In this document: positions 52,394 to 64,000 of the stretch, piece after piece
Position numbering within the stretch: the stretch's first letter is position 1
How the letters are laid out: each line of letters opens with the position of its first letter
DNA from: Lingula anatina
Taxonomy: Eukaryota > Animalia > Brachiopoda
NCBI GenBank assembly: GCA_051362555.1
Contig: CM120648.1
Span: 10,412,587-10,476,586, forward strand
Direction of reading: 5' to 3'
Length of the DNA: 64,000 nucleotides
The notes under the pieces: model-generated
Told to the model about the DNA's origin: nothing
Databases searched by the model: none
The model's input: only the letters and a program-made list of their open reading frames with translations
Made by a program: the position numbers and the translations under genes

Positions 52394-54936
52394 TATAACT
52401 TTTCTCGGAAATGTCGGTCTTCGTCAACCATCGACGTCATTTTGACCCAAATCATGTCGTGTTTAGCACCGTTTTCATGCCTAATTCTCCAGCTGTGGGC
52501 GAAATAAGTGAGATTTCAGACACCAGGTGTGAGACGGGTTGTTTTTCCCCAAAATACTACACGGAAATAATGTGTGTCTGTAGACAAAAGTTGACCCTTT
52601 CACGTAACGAGAGTGCGAGGGGCCATTGGACGGGTGAGCGTAGCTGTCTGGATGACGTAACTCGTTATCATCTCCGATTCTCTGTACGGAACCGTTAGCG
52701 GGGTCAAAAGGTCAAAGCCTATCTAAGGTCAAGGTTATAGCGTAAGCATGGAGCCTTGTTTTCACTGCTTGTGTGGTGCAAGATGATCGTTCGAATAGAA
52801 CCATGGTTGAAAGTTTTCAGAATTATGACTGAGATCAGAATTTACAGTCTATTTTTGATCGTTGTTTATGGTCTAAGTGCGATAAGAAATTGTTTATTAC
52901 GTTTTGGGGATTTTCAGTTAAAACAACTTGCACCCAGGTTGAGTTGTAATACAAACAAAAAATAAAAACGTCGATCGAACTGTGGGCAATATTGAACCTG
53001 GATAATTGAAGAAGAACTTAAAAATATGAACGAAAAAAAGTTAGCCACTATAAACGGGAGGATATGAGTGATAAATTAATGTCTTCCAAGCTTCTTATTT
53101 TCATTTATGTCAAACAAGAGATAAAAAAGAGCATCAATCTTCAGCATACAATTTTAGCGTTTATTTTTGATTGATCCCCAGAAATAACACGGCATTAAAT
53201 AATTTAATTGTGTTTTCCCTTTAATTGGCCGTAACCTCACTGGGTCATCACAGATAAAACTTGTTTCTACTCCTCTGAATAACTCACAACCGAACCTTTT
53301 GTTTTACCTTATTCATGTCGGGAACATTTAAAAGTTAAATTTATATTATTTTCATTTCTGTGACGGCGGGATATTTGCGACACGAGGTGCTAACTGTAGC
53401 TATGTGCGAGAGACCATACCCAAGCATATAAAATATTATAAAGTGCCAGAGCCGGGGTATATTCGAACCATTGTTATGTGTATTCAATGTAGATTTGATT
53501 TCTTTTTGTTTAGTTCGGGGTTGAACTAGCCATGCGCTGAAAGCATGGAGGTTGATCCGACCTGACTGAACTTAGCGACCTACTTTCGAATCAGGTCAGG
53601 TGAACTTCACACAATTATAATACTAGCGCTTTTAAAGTCAGCAAGATGGGAAGAGTGTCACAGTTTGAAATAAAGTCACATTCAAGTATTCTTCTGTATC
53701 ACACTTCCTATAGCATTATGTATAAGATGCTTGTAGATTTGGTTTATAATTATGACGACAGGGAAGATTTATCTCAAATATTGATAAATTTGATTGTAAA
53801 TAAACGGCGTTGTTCAAGAAAAATATTTTTAGTTTAAGGCAATAGGTTCTATTCCCAGTCCAAGTGTTGTAGTATAAATTACTGTTTCTCAAGTTATAAC
53901 TTATAACCTAAATCTAAATCTTTTTTAAAAAATAAATTTGTTAAGTATGGTGACATGTAGGCTCTTGAATGAGGTCGGGTGGTTTATGTTCTCATACATA
54001 TTTATATTCACATGTCACGTTAAAAATAAAAAATAACGAGTCTATCAAAATATGTTGACTTTTGAATAAAAATTTAAGTCTATAGTTATGCGTTTACTCT
54101 GCAGTGTAGGCCTATGTAAGAAAACGAAAGACAGTCCCCGATAACATACATCTTGAATACAAAGTGTATGTGGTGATGGTTGTCTTCAGGGTTTTCCTCA
54201 CCAAACAAAAAATGAATTATAAGATGTAACATGCTCTGTACTGTAGAGGCGAAATGTGTGATGAATTTATTCCGTGCCAAAATTGTCGTAGGACAGTAGA
54301 GAATTGTGTCAAGAAATAGCCAGAATGAGATACATATCTGTGAATATCTTGTGAATAAAATTATCAGTCTGTGATTCTGGTAAATCCGCAGGCGGCATAT
54401 TATATAAGCCCCACTTTTAATAATTATGTGCTAAGTCATTGTAGCTAAATTTATTTATTTTCATCTATCGGTTCCCAACCTACGTTCATTAGGGTGACTC
54501 CCGTTTTCGCCCACACCCACACATAATTATAAAACCTAGCAAATAATTTTCTTCCAAAAGTTTTGGCCATAAAGCGGGAACACCTCAGACCCGCGCTAGA
54601 GATACTGAAATGCCAGGCCTATTATTTGAAGCATTACTTGTAACACTGTGTAAGAACGTCACGCATACTGGGATTATAATGCCCTTTAAAATATGAACGT
54701 TTGTGGTGATGGAATCATTTGGGTTTCTGTTTTTCTCTTTCGATAAAGATGGGCAGTTCGTTGACATCCATCTATCTCTAAATGGCCTTGTGTACCGCAT
54801 TTCTGTCTATTTTGTATGTCGCTTATTGTTCTCAAAAGACGTGCGTGACAAGATGAGTAGTGAAAATTATGAATTTTATCACGAAATCATTTAATGAATT
54901 CTGTTTTATATAATATGGCGCACTCCTTGGGATAGA

Positions 54937-55107
54937 CCGGTGTAACAGGAATGGAAGTCCTAGGAATAGAAGTCCGGGCTCCCATGTGATTAGTACAGGT
55001 TAGGGTTAGTTGGAGTATTGGGGTTAGTATATGGGATGAATGTCACCTGTACAAAGTAATAGGAAGCGGACTACGGTTCCAAGTGGACTTCCATTCCTGT
55101 TACATCG
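54937..55107. mobile_element. Small MITE with CCGGTGTAACAGGAATGGAAGTCC termini and an internal GGTTAG tract
   Basis: 24-bp inverted ends with one mismatch. Confidence 0.65.
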
Positions 55108-58100
55108 GAACATTCTTTAATTCCACCTTACTACTCCCTTTTTATGCAGTCCCTTATAAATGTGAGCCAAATGACCTCACACATTTTTCTTTACGTACCT
55201 GAGACCCTAGAAATTATTTTACTTAACATAGTAATAGACTGCCATGTCGTTTATACATGTCTTCTGAGCCAGTATAAAAGTGCATATTATTATGGGTGGT
55301 TTATTACCGTCCTTGGTTTATATCTCTTGGGAACTGAAACTATGAATATTCAGAACGAAGGTTTCTACGTGTGTTAGAACAAACTATAAAGTTAGGACCC
55401 TTTACCAGGGCCACAGATTGATTTTTTGACGAGATATTCACAGACGTCTCAGGCATGTTCATGGCACATTTCTTCGGGGAAAATTGCACCTGAAGAATCT
55501 GCGACCCTAGTAAACGGTATTAACTTTGTCTGCTGCCGGCTGTGCACGCTGACGTTAAGCTATTACGGGTCACCTAGTAGGCCTCAAATGCCCATGGAAA
55601 CTTGTTTATGTAGGTCAAGTTTGTCGGCTTTGCACTACATTACTCACGGTGAATGGGCTTTCTGACCACGGCCAGTGAACAGAGGCACAGTATCACCGAT
55701 GGATCCATATTTTTTCTAAGGGTGGTTGGGTGTGCAAGGATAGAAATAAGTCTTGCTAAGATCGGTAAAATGCACGAGAGTATATGAGAAATATAACTGT
55801 AATATATAGAAATAGGGGTGGGGAAAGAGCTTGTCTTTGTATCATTTCGTACGTGAACACTTTTTTGGGGGGTGAGGGCGAGAAAGGATCCGATGCTGAA
55901 CGGCTGTCTGCTGTTCACCCCCCCTCCCGAAATTCTGCTTTTTAATATGACAGTTGCTTTTTGCATATTTCGTGGCCATTTATATTCATACTATAAGCTC
56001 AGACCAAAGTAAACCGACGACAATAACACACCAGTCGGTAATGTGACACAGTTCCCAAGTTTTAACAAGATTTAACAAGCAGCAGGTGTTAAAGGACAAT
56101 GTTCATGTAAAAATCCATTTCTCGAATTTTGAAGATACAGCACTCAATCTATACACTACAGGTATGTTTTAATCGATCCCCGCCCTTTAAAAATTATAAA
56201 AACAATCTGTTAGTAGAAAAAAAAGCGTTTTAGTAAACCTCACCTCAATATGCAAAAATGAAGCAACAGATCTGGGTCACGTGGTACTGTGACGACAATC
56301 ACGATAAAGGTCTATGAGACTCAACTGAGCTGCATGGTGCATAAAGACGGAGAAGTTAAGGAAAGTTGTGTTGAACGGAGTTGAGGAATTTTCGTTATGC
56401 CTCGGTGTGTTGCCTTGGGATTCACCAAAATTGCGGCTCTCGTTGACAATCTTTCTTTGTCTGTGACGGTCTTCCGTGACTTACTTACTAACTTCGGTGA
56501 CAATAGTTGCGATGCTCTAGATCATGGTCACCTCAGGTGGTTTAGATCATATCAAGAGCTGGTAGTCTTTCAGATTAACTGTCATCAGTTGGCAAACTTA
56601 CTGATTGCTGATGCATTTTAAATGCATTGTAGTTGACCAAAAGCTCGTTTACAACAAACCTGTTTATTATGCACCGCTGCAATTCCCAAGCCAGGTAATA
56701 ACAGGTGTGAAACTCGTCTTGGTGGGCTTTCATATTTTTCAATATATCTCATTTATTTCATGGGGTTATTTTATTGGTATTTGTAAATGACGTTAAATAT
56801 CAATACTTAAACAATTAAGTTCAAACACGGTCGCGAACATTAATAAAAGAAATTGCTCTCAGGGTATCTTGAAGCTTCCGTGGAAGAAAACGTGTTGAGG
56901 AAAAACAGGAAAAAGAGCGTTATATTAAAGAAAAAATGGGAACTGCTATAATAAAATGGTTCGTTATCCTAATTCGTTTATGCTTTGAGGATTTGTTTCT
57001 GAAGATAATTTCATCTGAAATATTAAATAATTTAAAAGATTGATTATTTTATAACTTGAAACGCAAATTCTGCGTCAGTACGCAATTTTTTTTTTTGCAA
57101 ATTTGTAAGCTTATACCACCGTGCTATAAAGATCTACTCAAGAAAAAAATTTGCTTGGGTAAAATTGAGTACGGAATGAACTGGAGACACTTGGCTTGTC
57201 ATCAAGTTTACACGAAAATATGTCAGGTAACTTTATACTGTCTTTGAAAGAGTAAAGATTGAAAGATAATTTTAGACAAACTTTGACGGGGGAAATACCT
57301 ACAAAGAGTAATGGGCTATTTCGCCAACATCTTGTTGAAAATTTAACACTGCAATTCTATTCAAATAAGCTAAGGAACAAATTGCCAAATTAATACTCTC
57401 ATCACATAACAGGGGGGTAACCAGACCTGCAAAAATTGTACGCACATATTTAAAAAGATTACAAGCACATACAGCAAAATGTAGACTTACGCAAACATGA
57501 AGGACAGCGTAATCACAGCAAATGTACCTCATATAGTAGCTTAATTTCCATTAATAATAAAATCATCATTTAAGTCAAAAATATTCTTGCGATTTAATAA
57601 CTATTTTAATTTACCCAGAACGGTATATTTATTTTAAAGGCGGTTAACTGAAATATAGTTTTATGATTTGTTTGTGAAAATTGCCCATGTCACCCTGTTA
57701 GTTTGGAGGTCTAAGCTGGATCAAGTCCGTGTTAAAATTCCTATGAAGTTGTGCAGGAAAAATTCTTCCTTTCTTTCTCTAGCTCCTCGATAAACCTGGT
57801 GTTCAGATTTTATCTAGTACCCCTAGGTCTACGGGAGCTGCGCTTTGTAACTAACGCACAGGTAGATTTTTACCTGAGATAACTGGAGTAAAGCTTAGAT
57901 AGAGAGTGCGTTCGGTACAAGCAAGACAAATTGAATGCCATTTAACCCTCTAATTAAGAGGTAAAGGAAGTTCCAGTTAGATGGATGATTAAGATAGGAC
58001 TTGTAAAGGTAACGGGCATTGTTTACCTCAGTTTAATAAAAGTATGCAAGATGGAGTGTCAGCGGTTTAATAAAATAAATTGAATTTCACAAATAACATG

Positions 58101-58769
58101 GACCTCATATGCAATAATCAACATTTCCCTTAACTCATTCAAATGCAGTGTTTTATACAACTTGGGATAACCATAATGAAATGCTTGTTAAAGAAATGAC
58201 TAGACGGGAAATGGTTTTACACAGCTTCACGAGGATTTAGACGCCTCGGGTAAGAGATTTGAATGAGTATAAACTTTTATCAGAAGCCAGAGAAGTCATC
58301 TTACAGGTAGACAATGCAGCTCAGTTTGACAGCTAAGCACGCTCTGTTCTCCAGTGGCTCGATTGTCGTCATTGGACCACGTGACCACGTAGCTCATTAA
58401 CTCCCAGGCCGAGCAAATAGGACGTTTTTTAAAGCCAGAAATTTACAAAATGAGCTTTTAATTTGTGTATTTGGATAAAGATATCGTTAGTTGGGCATGT
58501 TTTCTGAAGAATATGTTCCGTTCAGGCCATTCTGACGGCATGAAGCAAACCCTTTAAGAATGCCTTCACTTTGCACTCGCTAAGATCAGACGCTATAGAT
58601 ATATATACGCCAGACGCCCCACGTCCGACATTTCACATTTTACAAAATATCATTTGATTTGTGAATGAATAATTTATGGAATTAAAACCAGATGTGTAGG
58701 AAATGTTGATATATATTTTTGAATAGATTTTAAAAAATATGTTTCATCTGTCATTTTCCAGAATTAAAG

Positions 58770-61700
58770 ATGTTGAGGGCGGTGTCTCGGGTTGTCCCAC
58801 AGATGGTGAGGTCTGCGGCTGCAAACGCACCCAACATGGGTGAGTTAAAGGACTTCATAGAAAGACTTCATAGAAAGGCAGCGAGTTTTTCCAGTTCGGA
58901 AAAAATGTGTAAACAATATATTTTATCAATATGTGGCTATAAGTCGTAGGACTGGATCGTAATGAGACAATGTCACTGAAATAAGGATATTTTGATAAAA
59001 ACTCCTCTAATTTTTCATATTGTTAATTTCAGTGGTCCGCCCTGCTGCTATTTCGCTTGTACGCACAATGATGGAGGGAGTCGCCAAGGGCAAAAAATTA
59101 AACCAGTTTCAAAAGTCGAAATTGAAACGAAAGTTTGATTTGTATGGTGAGTTGCGATTTATTTGTTTATTTATTTCATGGAGGCAAATTACGGCTGTAG
59201 ATAGGTTGAGTTAATGATATTGATGAACTAAACGGGAACTTAAAGGGAGCTTTGGATCAAAAAGTAAAATTCGGTAATTCTCTTGGATTTTGAACAATTA
59301 TTTATTAAGCTCTTCAAATCGTTCAAATCTTTTGAATACTAACTGAAAAATTGATATTTTGTGATTTCCCGAGACACATTTTCATTTGCCTATTGAGATC
59401 CGGTAAATGTTTGCCTGCATTTTCACCATTATGAAAAAAATGCAAATATCGGAGTGGTATGTTTTATATAATCCTCCTCCAGATAAGACTGTAGATAAGG
59501 TGCAGTCTTTATATATTACATCATTATAGCATGCGCAAAGATGTCACTTGCCGTTGGGCAGCTATGTGCGTGTTATTTTCTAAGAAAAGATGTGATTATT
59601 AAACAAACGACCACGTAACTTTGCAGTCACGAAAACATCGTGTCTGACCGTTGGAAAGTAATGAGCCACGTAGTGTGACGTTCGTATGAGCTGCTGTTAC
59701 TGGAAGAGTATAGTTATTAATATAGAGAAAGTTAAAATACCTATGTGCTGTCGGCATTGTTGGCTTCGTGCTGGTACAAATGCACCGTGTGTCAGAAGTA
59801 CGTGACGGCTGCTACATTGATGTGATATATGGGAATGCGTTTGCGAAAATGAGCTGCACCGCTACCGCATTGCTGCTTCTAACGAAATCTATGTACACTG
59901 TCACCTGTTGATTTGTTGTCTGTTGTTTATTTATTTTGAACAGCACCAGTGGGAACAGCATTCTTAAAAGAAGCAGTTAATTTTTCAAAACTTTTGATTC
60001 AAAATTGCTTCGTATTACTAAAAGAAAATTTCAGAGGAATTTATCTTTGTTGTTCGAATATATTGAGTAATTATCTATTGTTTCAGATATTGATGATGAT
60101 GGATTCGTGGAACGTGAAGATTATGACAATTATATTGCAGTAAGTTTTTTTATTACTTCATCACTTTTAATTGATCATTAAGAAAAATAGGCGTACAATT
60201 AAAAAATGGTTAATTTCGTGGTATCAGTAAGAAATTACATATAAATGAAAATGGGCATTTCTTTGTTGTTGTTCAGAACGAAACAAGTTCCCGCTTAAAC
60301 GGCATATAACGGAGACTATTTTTAGATTACCGTCACAACATGGGTGACATGTTTCAGGATATTGCCTGGTTTCAAATTTTTTTTCTTGGTTTTGATCGTT
60401 TTTCTTTTTCATATGGTCTAAATGCGATGGAAAATTGCACGCTTTTCAGGATTTTTAGTTTCTGCAACTTTTGCCTATGATTCCAAATTCTGTTGATTCT
60501 GTTGATGGCCTTGTGGTTAGAGTGTCCGCCTCCGGAGCGGGAGGTCGTGGGTTCAAAACCCGTCCGGGGACATACCAGTCCTTTATAAACGGTACCTGCT
60601 GTCTCCCTGCTTGGCACTCAGCACTAAGGGGTTGAAGCAGGGGCCTGGTCAGGCAGTGCAGAAATGATATATTAGCTATGAGCGCCTAATATGGCAGCCG
60701 AGCTGTATGCTCCCCAGGGAGGTGAGACCGTCTACGGAGTGCACCAGTGTAAAAATGACCAGGCTTCCTTGACTTGAATATTCATATATAATTGTATAAC
60801 TTCAACCTCCGTGTTGCGATTCTCCAATAAAGATTATTATTATTATTATTATTATTATTATTTATATGCACAAGATATGATGAAGTTGGTTAACGAGATT
60901 TATTTTTATTTTTGGCTTTTAAATTTATGATGATGTGTATATGTGTGTGTGTGTGTTTTGAACTAGATTATGACTAATTTGCAAGCTTACAAGTTTTCTC
61001 CTTTTCACACCAATTTTTTTGTTCATTTGGAAAATTGATTTCTTGGAAATTAGGGTCGATCTCGCTCGTTAACCAGCTTATCACCTTTATTTAACCTCTC
61101 CGATAGGTTTGTTGTGTAACTGATAATCACGCGCATAGTAACGCGTGCGTCACATCTTTTGGATTTAAGGTCCTGTTCAGAACCAATATGATCCGCGGAC
61201 TTACTTATTTCCTGATCAAATATGGCAGGCCCACTTGAAAGTTTTCCGCGTAACCCCGGCATGGATTTCCCGCGTGGATTACGGGACTAGCTTTCAAGTG
61301 GGTCGGTCATATTTGATCCGCGGATCAGTTAGTCCACACATTAATTTGATTCTGAATATACCTTTACATCGCTTCCAAAAGAGTAAAGATACATGAAGCA
61401 TTTATTTCTTTGTGGAATTTAAGGATGAGGTTATTGGCATAAGGCTTTTGTTAAGTAAAAAAAGGTTACCGGTGACCTTTGCATTCTAACACGTTACATT
61501 GTGTTAAGGAGGAAATGAACAAAATATGAGTCTCATTAAATAGGGAATAATTGATATGGAAGCACCGAACAGATATCTTAGAAAATGTCGCGTGGGTTTT
61601 TTCCATTGCATGATGCATGACATTTCTGAAAGGGACCAGGAGATATCTGGCTATCAGGGTATACTATTGATTAAGATACTGTGCTATAAATATAGTGTCA

Positions 61701-62158
61701 TTTTATGTTTCATCAGATATGGTAAGTCGTGTTATGGATAACTATTGGACGACTTATATGATTAAAATATTCAAAGCCACAATTTTTCAAAACGAATGGC
61801 ACTTTTATTGAGTAAGTGGAGACCACCAACATTTCAATGGTAATTTGAAAAAAATTTATATGTTGATAAAAATAAATGCATGGGGTGAATTTTCCGTCGC
61901 GTGTCGAAAAAATAAAATGTGAATATATAAATAACCGATTAACTATAATATGTCTACGTGCCAGACAATTTCACTTAGAAAAATAAACTTTCTTTTTGTT
62001 CAGAAAATCAAGGAAGCATACGACTTGAAAGACGGGGACCCCCTATTGCGTGCCTTCGAGATGGAATTCGATGCACACTGGCAAAAAATGCTGAAGTTTA
62101 TGGACGAAAACAAAGACGGACAACTTTCCATAGATGAATGGCTTGACTATTATCCAAG
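58770..62158 (+). CDS. SCP/calexcitin-like EF-hand Ca-binding protein with N-terminal extension, 3' incomplete; exons 58770-58839, 59033-59146, 60087-60139, 62004-62158
   Basis: Spliced frame MLRAVSRVVPQMVRSAAANAPNMVVRPAAISLVRTMMEGVAKGKKLNQFQKSKLKRKFDLYDIDDDGFVEREDYDNYIAKIKEAY...FDAHWQKMLKFMDENKDGQLSIDEWLDYYP. It has EF loops DIDDDGFVERED and DENKDGQLSIDE with the SCP-type LxxFQKxK lead-in and a Trp before EF2. Confidence 0.8.
60500..60862 (+). mobile_element. tRNA(Arg)-derived SINE with a conserved central domain and (TTA)n tail, in an intron of the EF-hand gene
   Basis: A box TGGCCTTGTGG, anticodon-like arm TCCGC-CTCCGGA-GCGGG, B box GGTTCAAAACC, core AAACGGTACCTGCTGTCTCCCTGCTTGGCACTCAGCACT, then AATAAA and (TTA)n. 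Confidence 0.75.
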
Positions 62159-64000
62159 GTAAGAGAGAGCATTGGTGTGGTCAGATGCTTAACTAATTGG
62201 AATTTTTTAAAAATATGAATTATTAAACTGTTGTTCTTATTAAATTATTATTATTATGTGTGTGTGTGCGAGAGAGAGAGAGAGGGTAATGCTCTTTTAG
62301 TTCGAATTTGGCTTAAGTATCGTGGTGATTTTACATCGTTTTGCCAGGTTCCAAACCTGTCACTGCTTTAGTTCACAATGTGGATTTGTCTACAATTATC
62401 CAGTACCGCAGTAGTAATACAGAAACATCGCCTGTCTTTCTGTTCATGTTATGTTGTAAACAAAATTCGCTTTGTATGTTTAGATCAGGGTTTGTTTTTT
62501 CTGGTTCTTTTACACGACAGTATTGGAATTTTTTATCAAGATTTTACTGTGACAGATAAAACGTTCAACGTATGCCGACTAAGTCTTTAAATGTAGCATC
62601 ATTTGATGCTTATTTTTTACCAGAAGCTTTTGATAGGGAAAATAAAGTTTTTTCCCCATGCATATTACTATATTTCGTTACAAGAATGCTTATCGTGATC
62701 ACGAAACTGAGACTTGTCTGTGTGTGCACTGTCAGTGATATTTGTAGATCTCAAACTTATTGGTATAAAATAGACAAAAACATGTTGATAGAATTGTCAA
62801 ATGAACTTGTCCAACATTCAGCGTTACTTATTATTCCAATTTCAGCATCACGTCAACTTCGAAGGCCAAGACCCCTGAAAATCTGCCCACTTTCCTCCTT
62901 ACGTTAGCAGACGCTTTTTTCGCGCTGATGGACACTAAAAGTAAGCCCAGACGCATGGATGGAGGGATCTTCACTTTCGTTTTTCACTTTCATTTTGTTT
63001 GATTTCAGTTCAGACCTTTGGTTACGCATGCGCAGTATGATGATAGTTATCTTGTCCTTTACAGGGTTTTTCTGGTTGCTCATTTATGTTTTGTTCTAAA
63101 ATTTGGTGTGGGTGCTTTTTGCCAAAGCGTGGTGGATGCTTCGTGAACTTTGGTGACGCATATTGCATACACTATGTATCATTCTTCTATGAAAAAGGCA
63201 CTCAAAAGAGACGCAATTTCTTTGTAGAAGAGCAAAAACCTTTCATGTAATGTAACATTGACAGGAAACGGAAATTACCATTACCATTACTATCAGGGAG
63301 AGGAATTGTTCCGAGGATCCGAGTGCCAAACCGGAAACTTGCATTCATCACACACCGCTGTAACAATCAATTTCGCACTTCGCTCTGCTAAAAGCGCCCT
63401 ACACAACTTAAAAATTACCTTTGGTTACTGGTACTAACCTTGCCATGTTGCACTAATACATTTTCTTTTAGTTTGCACCTAGCCTTGTTATAAGAGCGTG
63501 CAGGCGATGCAATTCACCAGGTTGCTTCGTTATAAGCCGCTTTTTGTTTCCACTTAACACCTTCGTCTTCTGTACTTTCTCTCTAGCATAACTAGTACAA
63601 CGAAAGGAAAGTCTTTCGACAATCTTCCGACATTCTTACAAAGTCTTGCGGATGCCAAGTTTATACTTATGGACAAGAACAGTAAGCAGTTTGCGCTATT
63701 ATAATTCTGCACGGGGTTTTACGCTATGTTGAGATTAAGACCCCGTTCCCATACTTAGATCGATCTAGCAAACCCATATCCGAGGGGTTTCTCGCTAAAT
63801 TGCGGAGGTGGGTCGATCCTGCTAGATCGATCTAAATAAGGGAATAGGGTCTAAGATAATTCTAGACTGGGCATCGGTCTCAGGTGTTATGAATACCTGT
63901 CAATAACCGACGTTGCATGAGGTGTCAAAACCTGGTGGAATGTAGTGACAACTATGACCGATTTTCAGTTCGAATTGTTAAATCTGGCGTTGCTTCTTGG

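Noticed and set aside
60503-60572. tRNA-Arg(CCG)-like gene
   Set aside because: It has no convincing acceptor stem and runs straight into a SINE body and (TTA)n tail, so it is treated as a SINE head.
58770-62158. Calling the EF-hand gene a photoprotein or luciferin-binding protein
   Set aside because: Only the first two EF hands are visible and no coelenterazine-pocket residues can be assigned; SCP/calexcitin-like is the supportable call.
63025-63340. NRF1-like CGCATGCGCA and ETS-like motifs as an internal promoter
   Set aside because: I found no associated exon or ORF, and short motifs alone are insufficient.

Overview
AT-rich, intron-containing animal genomic DNA, probably a marine invertebrate (the taxon cannot be fixed from the sequence). 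I reconstructed genes by hand from GT-AG splice sites. (1) 0.98-13.6 kb: a cluster of four paralogues (-,+,-,+) of a 4-exon gene for a small secreted protein with two atypical Kazal-like 6-Cys domains; three copies are intact and one is a pseudogene. Their inter-domain linker is either acidic or Arg-rich, and the intact copies share a CRE+TATA promoter. (2) 17.2-18.7 kb: a single-ORF galactose-3-O-sulfotransferase-like gene. (3) 21.3-36.4 kb: a 15-exon TMCO4 gene. (4) 40.4-44.2 kb (-): an insulin-like peptide gene with a CC-x4-C A chain. (5) 58.8 kb to the window end: an SCP/calexcitin-like EF-hand gene with an apparent mitochondrial presequence, incomplete here. Non-coding DNA holds many MITEs (Harbinger-like TAA/TTA, Kolobok-like TTAA, 5-bp-TSD types), tRNA-derived SINEs, a LINE remnant and microsatellites. 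The best candidates for new biology are the Kazal-like cluster, the possibly mitochondrial SCP-like protein, and the insulin-like gene with upstream nuclear-receptor-type elements. Family names come from motif recognition only; no searches were run.
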